Below, in pieces: positions 24,556 through 38,000 of a stretch of DNA of 64,000 nucleotides. The stretch comes from Raillietiella orientalis (lineage: Eukaryota), in assembly GCA_036172245.1 (NCBI GenBank), contig JAYWIR010000005.1, forward strand, positions 3,844,001 through 3,908,000, given 5' to 3'. The position numbers and the translations under genes are program-made. How positions within the stretch are numbered: position 1 is the stretch's first letter; each line of letters begins with the position of its first letter. The notes under the pieces were generated by a model, which saw only the letters and a program-made list of their open reading frames with translations, did no database searches and had not been told where the DNA came from.

Positions 24556-26531
24556 AGTATGAATTTTTTTTTGTGTGTGCGCGTGCTCACGTCAGATGTA
24601 GTCTGACAATTTCCTGCATCCTTTTATTTATTTTATGCAGACAGATGTCATGCGACACATCCAGGACGAGGAAGCCCTACAAGGACAAAATCTCCAAGGA
24701 ATGTTGCATTTCAGATCGTGTCTTCCGGGGGTTGCATCGTCATGACATTGTTTTCGAAGACCAACGAACTGTGGATGAACGTGGCCTATCTGATTGTTGA
24801 TTCTCGGAGATGTGGCTGTGTTCAGGAAGGTTGCGGAGTTCACGTCGGTCGGTGAGACACATCACCGGGATGAAGAACCTCTGCCTGAAGAAGAACCCTT
24901 CCCTAGCAAACAGGAAAGTGAAACTTCCATGGGAGCTCCTATTCGTCTGTGTTAATCTTTCCTTGAGGTGCATTTAGATCTAGCCACGACTCCGAGATTT
25001 CGGATCATGGGTCATCCTCCTTCCGAGAATTTCACGTCCCTCCCGTTTCCTCCCGAATCCGTTTCCACCTGTCTTTCTCGTTTCCGCAGGGTCCTGCTTG
25101 ACTTACAGGATGGGAGAGGCTTCGCCTCCTCCGCCGTTTCGGCTGTCAACCCGGGCGGAGCCACCCTGAAGCAGCTCATTCGGTGATCGCCAGATGTGCG
25201 TTTCATCGACGGCTGTTGAGCACATTCGGTTTCCCCGCCACGTGAGAAGCGTAACCACGACCCCTGTCTCCCGCTGCACCCTCTCCCTTCTTTTCCTGCG
25301 CCCTTCTTCCGCGTGCCGCCGCCGTCTCCGCACATGCAGCACCGTTCCGCGTCCGACGTCCCTCGTGGCGCGTGCGTCGACTTCAGCGCTGTTGCCACGG
25401 CAGCGCTTCAACTCGAAGAACCTAAGAGTAGTCCCCGCCCTGCAGTCGTGCCTGCGTACGGGTGCGAGGAGCACCTTGGAGCGGACCGGGCAGTTGCGAC
25501 GGTTCTGCTTCCCTCGCGGCGCTGCCTTCCTGAACAGTCCCTTCCTGCCCTTCTTCCTCCTCCTCCTCCTCTTCCATCTTCTACGTTTCCCAGAGAGGCA
25601 GCTCTCGCCCTTCAGGGACGTCTCGAAAGGTCATCCCCACTTCTCAAGGACGCAAATGCCCGCTCCCTGCCACTCGAGGTGCAGTTTGCCCTCGTGCAGC
25701 CACGGCGGCTGAAACGGGGCGTCTCCCCGAGCCGGTAGAGGTACCTCCCCCGCATGATTCCACGGAAATGGCTCTTCCTATGAACCTGCAGAGATCCATC
25801 CGGGAAAGCCCGACTGCCGTACATGGGGGATGGAGGAAGGAAGGAGGGAAGGGAAGTGGGGAGGATCATCTTTCGTCTGCGCCATTAATCTGGCACCTTT
25901 GCTGCTGCTGCTGCAAGAGCGGTCTGAAGGAACCCATTGCTTCTTATCCTACGCTAACAATGTCCTCCTGCGCTCCTCAGGAGCCTCCCTTTTCAACCTG
26001 CTGATCGTCGTCCTTTCTCCGGATTCGTCTTTCGTTTCCATGAGCACCGTCGGATTGCCCGTCCGACCCAGTGCAAGTGTGTCGCTTCATGTTGCCCGGA
26101 GGACTCTCCGCTGCTCGTATCGTCGGCTTTGTGGACCGGGTCGGCCCTTCGTCTGCTGCTGCTGTTGGGAGGTGGCCGAGAAACGACCGCCTTCCCAGTC
26201 CATCACGACCCCTGGTCAAGATGGCCGGAGAACGACTCGCTTATATGGAGTTGCCCCAGGACAGGATCTCCTGCTCCTGGGGAAACGACTGCACGTCGTG
26301 CGCGGCCAACTTGGGGGTCCCCGCAGGCGCGGAGCGCTCTCTGTCGCGGGGCGTCTCAAAAGCGACTCGCGCCTCGCGGCACCGGAAAGTTTAGTCCTTT
26401 GCAGCGACTCCACCCAACCCCTATCACCCATTTTGTGGAGCATTGCCCAATACGGATCCTGGAGAAAATACTGTGGGTGTTCTGGGCCATTTGCTTGCCT
26501 CGGTCATGGTCGATTGCGCAAGCGCGGGCGT

Positions 26532-29500
26532 TCATGCTGGATTCTGCGGTTCTCTCGGGGGAGTCACGAACTCCCACTCGACGTTTCTCATTTGCTTTTG
26601 GTAGGCGCGCAGTTCCTGGACGTCCTCTCTTCTTCTCACCAAGTGACCTCTCCAGTGGGACTGGATGATGACTGCTGCGTCGTCCTTCCTGTTCTTCAGC
26701 TTCTCCAGCGTTGGGAGATTCCTGAGACGGAAGGAAGAAACCTTGGACCTTTGGATCAACTAAGGCGCTGCCAGTCCCGGGACATGGAAGGAAGCGGAAG
26801 GCCCCCTCCGAACAGCATTGAGCTCCGCGAGACGAGTTAGCGAGGACAACGGTGATGGCGGCGCGAGCAAGCAAAGCCTCGGGCACGGGAATGCGAGGAG
26901 GTGGACTTCGTCGGCCATTGACGAATTTCCTGCAGATGGCATCTTCCATTCGAAGAATTCTCTTTCTGTCTGCCCTCCGTGCTCAGCACGAACGCAGGGC
27001 AAAGTCGCTGCTTCCTGCCAATCCCGCTGCCGCTCTTTCAGTTTGCGTTCCGACCTTAGGCAGCCATGTCCACATGGCTGTGAAAGTAAAAGAAAGCAAT
27101 GAAGCGCCTGCCGTCTTAGGGAAATCAATTCTGATACAGATGCAGCCTGTGCGCCTCTCGTTTCAGTGTTCTGAAACCACATTAACTTTTGTGAGGTTAG
27201 CTCGCTCTCGAAAGGGAGGTGCGCTGTGTCGGAAGGATCTATCTGAACCTGGAGCCTCTTTTCCAGATCAATTTCTTGGAACCTCACGATTTCAGCTGAG
27301 CGCTGCTGGAGCGGCATTCTGTTCGGGGATAGAAGGAACCCAGGGCATCTTGGACGAGGAGCAAATCTGAAGGGAGGGGGAAGCCGAGAAGACGGGTCAA
27401 AGTGAACCTGCGTTGGTTTGAGCGTGCAAAGAGCATTGGCGGTGCAGCTTCCGTAAGAGAAGCACATTGGAAAGAAGAAATCTCTCGCCTGACTGAACCG
27501 GAATGAAATCAAAGCAACGACTCCGGTGCGCGGAGATGTCGAAACGAATGTCATAGAAAGAATGCCTCGAAAAGATGTTCTGACTCCATTGTGCTTTGTT
27601 GTGCATTTACTATCAAGATGATAATCAGAACTTCCAAAGCCACTATCAAAATTGCTTCCCTTCCTCCGGATTATTGCAGGATCACCAGATAGAACGTAAG
27701 GTTACAGTAGTGGATACCCCTGAAGCCCAGTGGCTGGCCCAATTCATGATATTTGAGAAGTTGCAAGAGGAAGGATTCGGAATGGGAGATGAAGTGCGCC
27801 TTATTGTGGAGATGATGATATGCTCACAATGCGAACGTTGTCGAAGAAGCATAGGGTTTTCCCGAGCTTATGCGTCAAAAACGTCACACACCTTTCCTTC
27901 CTCCACTTACTCGGATTCAAAATACGCTCTGACAAAGGGTATTTCCTCGAAGCGCATCTCCAGTCTGTCTGGATGTAAGGGATTCCGCCGGTACAGCTCA
28001 AGACACAGGAACCTGGAGGCTTCAAAATACTTGGCATGAATGGCATCCTAAGAGTAAGAAATCACTCCATTGTTCTCAAGATCAGAATTGCTCATAGATT
28101 CTGGAATGAAGGATGAGGTTAGTTTCCGAGAAAGAAAAAAAAAGCTGAATTTTCAGGACTTCTGACTATCAGGAGGGGATGATGAGCTAATAGAGAGAGT
28201 CTCAATGCGAAGGGAGCATTTTGACTTCTGCCCCCGAGGTCTTCATTTCGTAGCACAAGACCCTTCCGAATTTCAGAGCTTTCCGGATTGCAAAGCTTAG
28301 AACGATGAAATACGGTCCGTTTCTGTCATGCACCAAACACGCTCTCAAAACACGAGAGAATCCAAGATCCCTGAAAATGTTAGTCCCTTCAGGGAGATGA
28401 ATGTTTAAACCGGAAAAATAGTGGGCTACGTGAGGATGGCGATCGATTTCTGAAAGCTTCAGCGAAATTCGCCCAAATACTTTCCACTGAAGAATGACAT
28501 ACGAGAAGAAGAAAAACTTTGACTGTCGCTGCCGTCAGTCAGTGCCAAGCAAAGGTTGAAATGGAACCGGATATAATAAAGGAGGAAACTGGAAGCAGTG
28601 CGGAGCAACCCTGTGAGCATCCCATCAACTCAGCATCTTTGCTTTCCACTCGAAAGTGATGCAAGGGTGAGTAATAGACCAAAGATTGGAGGATCAGATT
28701 TGGTAAAGTCTCCATCCATTATACACATGGTCAATGTTCCACCCTTGCAAAAACCGAAAGTGACTTCTTTCTGTTCAGAGCGTCTGCAGACGCATTGCTT
28801 GCAGAGTACTTCCCACTATGCGTTCATCAACTCGTTTTTACGGACCATCACAGACATAATTAAATACTGGTGTGTAGGATCGCCTCAAGCACCGCAATAC
28901 ATAGTTTCCACTCCAGTTGAGATGAGAACAGTGGATGTGTTGTGGGAATGCTTTGGAGAAGTTGGCAAGATCGTAGGCGAAAGGTAGGTCAGTATCATAG
29001 GTAAGCACATCTGAAAGCTTTTCCATCCCTTTATCACCACCGAACCTCTAAGATTTGCATTTAATCATGGACAATTGTTCCGTGGTTCCTATTACTCAGT
29101 CGGTCAGTAATAGGAACTGACTGCGAGCTTCGCGTACGTAGATGATAAAATACTGAAAATCGCATCGCAAGTGCATACTTTTTTTTTTTTATTTCATTGC
29201 GGTGGAAGTAATTGATTTGCACTTGCTATGCTGAAAAACATCCCGGACTAGAAAGCGTATGAGGAAGTTAGGGATGACTTTGTGCAATTTAATTACAATG
29301 CCACCGTCACGGGAATGGACTAGTTTTCGCATGTATAGTATGCGACCTTCGCACGTTGGACCAAAAGGTTAAATCCCGACTTTTAAATGTCTAAAAATGA
29401 TCCTCGCCTAATTACACCGTCATATAAGTACTCTGCACACGAATCCAACCATGTAGAACCTTCACGTCACTTGACTATTCGCCTCCGAAGAGCAGTGGGC

Positions 29501-32099
29501 TTCGCAGTTCACCTCCCAAGGAGTGAAGGATTCAAATTATTTTATGGTTCGAAGCAAAGCGATTGCAGCGATTGGGACGGTCCGTTTGCTGCAGATTGTT
29601 CGCAGACGCTCAGTTGGTCCTTTTATTTGAAAGAAAATTTTCGATCACTTACAGTGGGGGTACCTAAGCGCATCCAAAAGTGATTTTAAGATGCAAGTGT
29701 GCACGCGAATAGCCACAGTCGGATCAAAAATTCTGATGGTTTCCTCAAGGATGAGTCCTTTTAAATATGACATCATGTGAACCAACAAGAAAGATTGACT
29801 GTCCTATTCGACGCGTACATTCCACACACATCAATATAACACATGGATCGATACGTGATGATTAAAACTACGATAAGGGCATAGTTGACACGCCATAAAA
29901 AAAATAGTTCAAAATATGCCGTACCCTTATCCCGAATACACTTTAAAGCAATGGAGAAGATGCGGTGACTGCTTGCTTTTATAGTTGCCGATCAAATTTC
30001 TACTTCTGTTGCTTATAACCCGACGCCTGAGGGTTGGCTGTCCATACCGTGTCGTTCCCTCGCAAAGAAACCCGAGTGTCTGCAAAGTCATGAAGACGAA
30101 GCAAGTAACATTATTGTGATACGCGGGGATTATCATTCTAATTCGTCTTTCGCGGAACGCGTTTTCGCCACATTCATCGCAAAGGCAGTGAGTGGCGCCT
30201 TCCTGGCGCGCGTGAAATCCCAACGTGCCAATTGTCATCAGTCTTAGCTCGCGCCCACCTAACAAGGTCCTGACTGAATCAATTCGTCCTTTCTGGCTCA
30301 GCATTGCCCTCCCAAGAGTAGGAGAGAGCATGTGCTTGAGTCGGACTTGCGCGTTCCCACAGCAGCAACAGCAGCCACTCCTGTCCGCAGTGGCGAGTCC
30401 CATCGATCTCCGCTCAACAGCCTTCGAGCTGTTCCTTTCTTTACCGTGTTCCCTTTCGCTGGAAGCTTTCCTTCTTCCGGGTGCCAAGACCGTTTGGAGT
30501 TGTTTTCCTCCAGCTCAGCTTTCCCTGACTCTGCTTGGAATTCCTGATCCTGGTCATCGCCTTATTTTTTGCAGCAGCGGCTTGGATTACTTGGCAGAGA
30601 TTTGACCAGAAGCTATTAGCCACGCGCGCGACCAGGCGGATCGGCATTTCTGATCCTTCATTTCTTCACGGCGAGAAGCTTCCGGGTGAAGAAATGACAG
30701 ATCAGAAATGCGGAGCGATTTGGGCACGCGTGTTGCGTTTGTGTGTGTGCGTTTCTCCCTTACGATAAGTCACAACCATCCACGTTTCATGCTACGAGTT
30801 CATGGCAAAATCACTAAGAAGCAGCCGTGTGTGCCACCGGCAGCGTGACGCCTTATTTGCTTCCTCGCTTCCAATTCTTGCTTGAAAGATTCAGACCACA
30901 CTTTGTATACCGCACGAAATTCGCAGGTGAGCGCACAAAGGTGATGTTCCTCAAGATGGTGAAAACATTCCGGAAGCAGCATGCAGTAGCATCTGTCGTC
31001 GTGAAGGAGAAGAAAAATTATCTCTTCGGGAGTGCATTGCCGCTGACCGCACTCATTATCCCAAGATCCTCTGCTGCTAGCACCTAACGTGCAGAGGAGA
31101 GAGTCGGCGATCCGTTCTCGCCACTCGGAAGGGTTCCAGGGTGGCCGTCTCACTTACTCGATGAAGCATCTTTCCGTCACTTCTCGCCGTATCAATTGCA
31201 CTAGTATCTTTGTTTTCCGTGGTAGCTGGTTCTTTGCTCTTCTTGCTCCCGCCCCATTTGTGCGCATGCAAGGTGACCTTTTACGTATGACGATCCACTC
31301 GCCTCTCCCTTTCGGTGCCTGAGACGCAACGGATGCATCATGCGTCTTGACTCTTGATTCCTCCTCCTTCCTCCTTGCCACCCAGCAGCGTCGTGACAGA
31401 TGGCACCTTCTATGCTGCGACTGAAGGCGACTGGTATTCTTTTTCTCGCTTCACTCCTGCACGTAAAGTATCCATACTGGTGAACTCATACCTGCCCCTC
31501 ACCCCATTCCAACTTCGTTTATTCTTCTCCTCCCGCCAGCGACTAGAGTCACAGAGTGGAGCTGAGAGAAGTCCCTGCTGCACCGATAATTCCTGCCTTG
31601 TTTCGAAAATGCAAATTTTCTGCCGGGTTCCCCAAATCCGGTTCACTACGGTTCGTCTTTCCCACAGCGTTTTTTTTTTTTTTTTTTCCATCTAGAATCC
31701 TGGAGAGAGCGAAGGGGGATGTAATGGGGACATGTCTCTCTCGCATTTCGAATGGAGCTGAGGATGGCTCTTCCCTGACTCTTTCGTGGACTGTGCAACC
31801 CACGAACAAAGCGATCTCGGAAAAAATAGCTGTTGCCGGAGTCAGATGGGCGTATCTCTCGTCTACACGAACTGCAAGCGGCAGCAGCGCTTTGTCCTCC
31901 TCCTCTTCGTTTCGCGACACCAAAAAAGCACTCCTTGCAAGACGGACAAGAGTCGGATCCTGGTGATCTCTCTGACTTATTTGCCATCATCACCACTGCA
32001 TCCTCACCTTGAAGCACTGCTGCTTGTCTGCTGTGGACAGCAGTTCTTCCAAACATGGTGTTAACACTGGAAATATCTGTCGGTTCAGATATACAGCAC
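26532..32099 (-). CDS. IQCK: IQ domain-containing protein K homolog (3' three exons; 5' end not located)
   Basis: Exons 32099-32008 (AVYLNRQIFPVLTPCLEELLSTADKQQCFK), 28047-27911 (DAIHAKYFEASRFLCLELYRRNPLHPDRLEMRFEEIPFVRAYFES) and 26721-26532 (NLPTLEKLKNRKDDAAVIIQSHWRGHLVRRREDVQELRAYQKQMR...stop) splice in frame via GT-AG. They match IQCK as I recall it (YLE..IFPVL...CF, LY..NP....IPFV, IQSFWR...IQELRQWQK). A possible upstream exon lies at 32241-32189. Confidence 0.85.
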
Positions 32100-35000
32100 C
32101 TGGAATGGAACAAACTGGAAGATGGAGCAGCTGTAGGGTGGAAAGTGAGCGGATCTGAAAGGCGCCTCTTTCACGTCTTCTTTCTTACTGTCCCTGTGAA
32201 AATAGAGCGCACCCTTTGCTGCTTCTAAGTTGGAATACGTGCTGGCGTATGATGTTAGAAAACCAACAATACAAATAGATACAAAGGATAGAGTCCAAGG
32301 TCATGTGGTTTTCCGAATGGTCTCTGCGACCAGCAGTGTGTACTCATGAAGGTTTTTTAAGAAAACGCGTGCAAAAGCAAGTGTGACGGAACGGTAGATG
32401 AGGAAGAGAACTCATCTCTGCTTTGAGCAGGAAATCCTGGTTCACCTACTTTCGATCTCTCCAGAATTCCGAATTTTGCATCGTCTGTTTTAGCCCTTTG
32501 TCCACGCAAGCCACGTGTGCTCGACCGTAAATAGTCAGATCCACCTTTTGCTGACTTTACTTCCTGACTATCCCCATCCTTCTTTCCCAACGACAAGGAA
32601 ATGATTGAAACCTTTTCGTGCTTCTGACTGAGTTCCGTAAAATGAGTAAATAATCAGAGAGGCCCTGCAAAAGTGGACAGGATGAAACGATGGATTTCCC
32701 TAGCACCTTAGGTAACACTGCGATATCTCGCGGTTTGCAGGCGGCCCTAGTTTTCCTGCGAAGACACGTTGGAAACTTACTAGCTAGAGGTCTTCTGTAG
32801 AGGGAAATTGATTTCGTCAAGCGGATAAGCCGCGCAAGCGGAAGCACGGAAGGGATCGGATTTTCAGCATCCTTTATTCTCCCACACAATGCGATGCCAT
32901 CATTATCAAAGACTCGGTGGCGGATTCTGGTGGAATTCTTTCTGCCTGCCGGAAACGATGGTGGATGTCACCTGAATCGCTTTGGACGGACTAGGGAACG
33001 CATCCGCAGGAACTTGACAGATAGATCGACGGTGCCGTGAATGTGTCTGGGTAGCAGATTTTCTTGTGACCAAAGGGTGTCCAATAAACAAGTCAACCTT
33101 AGTTGACTCATGAACGCGCTGCCTCCTAAATGGTCGGTCTACGCACCCATCAGGGTGATCAGACTGAACAGGGAAGTTGGGATCGCATCAAAATACGGAG
33201 TTTTGGATTCCTAGAAAATCTTTTAGCACTGTCAAGTAAACAGGGCTCCTCCATCTCTGGGAGCTGCACTCAGAATAAGCGATAATCGCGATCAATTCGG
33301 AGACATAGGAGACGCTCTTGCACACATGTTCTTGCACTGCACAGAATGTGTGTGCATGCCCAAGTCGAGACACGATCAAGCTGCATGATGATAGCAGTCT
33401 TGTTCCTCATCTTCCTCGTTGCTACACTGGAGAAAGTACCCGTTCCTAAATGTGAGTGGCAGTGAAGGTGTCAAAAGAAACAATGCGTGTTCACTAGTGG
33501 AAGCCTGGAGAGCTGGGTGTACTACAGGAGCAGACTCAGTACCACTACTGATGTGTTTCTTTAATGTGCTGTGCGTCCTTTGAAGTAAGTGATGAGGAAA
33601 CGAACTCAAACGATCTTAAACTGCAGTTCATGAAGAGAATACAGAAGTTGTATCTCTCGATGTGGAATAGATCTGGACCAAAAATAATAGGTCTGAATTG
33701 GTATGAAGTGTAAGTGCAAAGTCGCAAACAAAAGGCATGAAGAAGAAAGTGCAGCTGAAGAAGAAGAATTTCTAATTGTGGATGTTGTAACTCTTCCTAT
33801 TCGTGTCTACTATGTAAGCATACTCACTTCCATAAATTTTAAACTTCAAAGCACATTGTGAATAAAATTTCACGATTTCGAGACAGAACAAACAAGCATT
33901 CGTGCTCAGAAAAAATGTGCGTGCTTTTTTTCCTTCCAGATAGCATTCAAGAACCGTGAGTCAAAGGAAAAGCTTCCAAACAAAAGCAAGAATCGGACAC
34001 AGCTTCCTTGGAAACTTATTCAGAGCAGAATGAGAATGCTGTGTTCTGCGAGAATATGTCTGCTCTTAACTTAAGGTATGTGCATTAGACGATGAAGTGA
34101 TTAGCTCAGAAGAATCATGAAGTGGAAACTCATCGGAAAGAAATCACTAAGAAATGTTTCAACGGCAAAAACTCATTTTTGTGGAAAGGTGGAAGATTTT
34201 AAAGAAACTGAAGATGCACACACAAGATAAGAGATGAAGACATTCCAGTGCTGAAAACGGCAGAAGAATGATGAAGCACATGCACACATCCCTCTGAAGA
34301 AATAACACTCGCAAGCTCGGGCATCTTTTGCAAAGTGATGCGTCCATTTTCTTGTCTTACGATATTAATTTAATTCTCATTAATCTATTTTATTTTATTC
34401 TGTGGTCCCTTATCATCTGAATCTTCCTCATCCTGCACAATGGTCAGTAGTATCTTTAAGAAATTCATTTTTCTATCGGTGCGGTGTTGATAGTCTCATC
34501 CTCTATTTAATGGCCAGATCAAACAGATTTCATCTCGCTTTATATCACTATGTGCTGCTTCCATTACTTCCAAGGCACTTCAATAACCATGCGTTTTTAA
34601 TTTTGCATCCCATTTAAAAAAATTAACTAATCCTTTATGTTTGAAATTTCTTCGCTGAACTCGAAAATAAACCAATTATGGAGAACCGCTGTCTGTCTAT
34701 CTCAACGTTTGTTCAAATTAATGAAATTTCTGAGAAATGCCGATTGCTGAGATTCATTACTTCACACAAGAGATATTCACTGTGCAAATGAAATTTCGAT
34801 CCATGTGTCGAAAAACTTGCATCTGTTCGTTTACCATGACTTGTACGAACAAGTGTACCTTACTCATCTGCTTGTACATTTACGCGCGTTGTTTCTCAGA
34901 GTTGAAACGATAGTTAGAGGAATTTTCAAACTCACAAAATGAATTGAATGTATTTGTCATTCGACAGAATAAAAAAAAAAAGAAAAACATAGTCTTGAGT

Positions 35001-38000
35001 GCAGAATGAGTTTTCCTATTGGAAAAACACTTCATAGTTGCAGGTAACCTCTTTAAGAATATATTTTTTTTGTTTGAAAAGGGATATTCTTACACACTGC
35101 TTCCTGTCAAGGTAAAAATTTCTTCACCACCATCAAAAAGAGATGATCAAGGTAACTGTGCATTTCAAATGCTTCCGCAGTGGGTACCAGATTTTTTTTT
35201 TTTTTTTTACCTGCGTAAGCTTTCGTGAATGCTCCACCTAGTTTAATCTGCTAATAACTACTAGGACCATAATAGAATGACCACAATATTTACTAGGACT
35301 ACAGCAGTACGAAAGACCGGAACTTCTGTAAGCATCCAGTCAAGCAAGCAAAGAAAGATTCTGCTTTGAAGAATGGAATCGAATTCTTCGATCAAAAGTA
35401 AGCTCCCCCCCCCCCCCCCATCCCCCTCCCTACGGATGTCAAAGAACAGAATGGGAAAGAGAACCTCAAAAGGCATTGACTTCGAGAATGTCATGGCACC
35501 ATGTTATGCTGTAAAGAGTTGATATGAAGAGGCCATTAAAATTCTAACAAAACCAAGCTGCTTGGCTAAAAATCCAGATGTCTTTCAATTCTTTTTCATG
35601 AATAGAGGGACTAGAATAGAACTTAGCAAGCGTGTCAGGAATCTTTTTTTCTTCTAGGGCATGTAAGAAACAAATGTAAATATTCTTTGAGAACAAGTCT
35701 GGAAAAACAAACCCTGTCGGTGTTCAAGTACAAGTTTCTTTGAAATCAGATGTGAAAAGGGCTGCTTCGTTTGAGCGGCCGATTTCTTTGTCTCTTGCAC
35801 CATCAATAGGAAAAAAAAAATGCGAATTTTTTCAAATAAAAATTGCATGTGAAGTCATATGCAGATTTATTTTAAACCGAGCTCCCTGAATGTTCAATTT
35901 GAAATGATGGGATAAAAACCTAATGAGTAAATGTATATATATATATATGTATATAAAGGTAAGAACAGTTACATTTTGATTTCGATGATTCAATTGCTGA
36001 GTTTAAATGGCTTTCAAAACTGAGGAGAATGTGGTTTGAAGAAATGCTTACGGCGACAACGAACACAGACGTGAAGAGTGGGATACGTTTATTCATAAAG
36101 TAATGTTGAATTTAAAAAAAAATCTATATATATGTGGAGATTACACATATCAAATATTCTCAATGTCAATGCACTTGAACTTAATTAAGTGTACTCTACT
36201 TCCAGACATTACTTCAGCTTATGTCTTCGAAATCTTACGTATTCATTCTAAATCATCCGTCGACTCTATAAAATTGTATATGCACTCAGACTCAATTTTG
36301 AATACCCATATTAAAATTTTTATACCTGAAAGCTCGTTTGTGTCTTGCATTTGTCTGTCTGTTTCGATGTTCGAGCTGACGGCAAGTATGTTGATTTCCT
36401 AGAAGGATTCACTTGTCCTTGTAGTTGTGGTCAAGTAAGGAATTGCATCTTCAAGTTTTCCCAAAGTATTTTGTGATCACTTGCTGGTACAGTCAAGAAC
36501 TATCCGTCCCTTCCAACTTCAATTGTTGTGAAGCTTTTAGACGATTTTTATCTTCGAAATCCATAATTATCGATTATTCGTTCCAAAGGACAAAACAGTT
36601 TCAACTCGTTTATGTACATAATTAATATAAAGTATTCAAAAACGCCAGATTATTTTGAAAACTGGAATTTTTGGTAAAATATTACGCATGTTGAACGGAA
36701 AATCATAACTGGTTCTCAGCTGCCAGATCTTTTCATTTGTAACACTGTCTCTGCCTGACATAGTAAGCAGTATCAAATGAATATCACTGTAGGATACAAC
36801 ATATTTCTTGTCCCAGTTTCAATTTTCAAGCTCCTCACATAATCGAGTCGGTCAAACCAACGGCAACTGCAACCATTAGAACCCCTTTAATTTTTATTAA
36901 TTTTCGAAAGCAAGTACTGGAATCTGATAAGTGCCCACTAGGGTTGCCAAGATTTTCAAAATGGCAAGATGGGGCAGGCATGCTTTTTTCCCGGCTTCCA
37001 TAATTAGAAAGCTATTTTATCTAGTTCGGGTCAAATTCATGAATTATATCAATGGCTTGATTTTCATGGAATATTATTATAATACGAACTATAAAAGGAC
37101 TTAATTAGTTTCGATGCACTTATCAGATTTGTTAAAAAATGCAGCCAATATGGGCAATGTCAATAAATATTCTACAAAAGCAAATACCAGCATACCATTA
37201 TTAACCGTTCTTTTTTCAAAATTGGATATATCATCCCCCAAACTCTCAGATTTCACCTGATTCCTATGAATGTATATTTTCTATTTAAAGTCCCCGTAGG
37301 TCCTTCATCCTTCTGTCAAAGGGACATGCCATGGCTTGTATCTAGAGGTTCAGACCCTCTGAAATTCGAACATTCAACGATTCCTATTTGGTAAGCGAAT
37401 CAGAATGAGCTAGTAAAGCATTACGAACGAAATTGAAATCCGCAGTAATGCTTACAACGTAAAACCAAATCTTATTGAAAAGGATTTTCAGAAAGTTACA
37501 GCAACCAAGCTTTCATATAAGAAATCAGCAGTTACGAACGATCAGTTAAAATGCAATAGAGTGCATACGAAGAGTTCGAAAGCTCCGACATGGAGAAAGA
37601 ATTAATTGCATTCTTTTGCTACCATCAACTCAAATGGGTCTCCAGAATAGTATGAAAGGAATAACTTTCTAGTATATAATGTAGTGTCCACCATCAGTAT
37701 CACCTTCGAACTTATTAGCATGTTTCAAGGCAAAAAACGTCACAAAGAAGAAAAGTAAATGTAGTCCTACAACATTTTATTTTTCTATTCCATTAGTAAA
37801 GTGCCACTGTACATCATTATATTCCTCTTTTATTTTTTTTTATTTTTGGCTTTTGAGTTTTCAGAAAACCAAGACTCCTAAAAGGTTATGTAAGTTATTG
37901 TCATTATTTACATACACATTTCTAATGGTGAGATTCATATTCCCTTGCAAACACTCCAAATTGTTATAAGCGAACAGTTTATTTATTTATCGCGGGATAC

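Noticed and set aside
25977..28046. A long minus-strand frame with few stops and LRR-like words, suggesting an LRR-IQ pseudogene or an edited or readthrough gene
   Set aside because: The region is better explained by normal splicing of IQCK. Its middle exon is in a different frame and the LRR-like text falls in an intron.
36938..36952. tagggttgcca, resembling a hAT/MITE terminal inverted repeat
   Set aside because: No matching inverted partner or TSD was found nearby.
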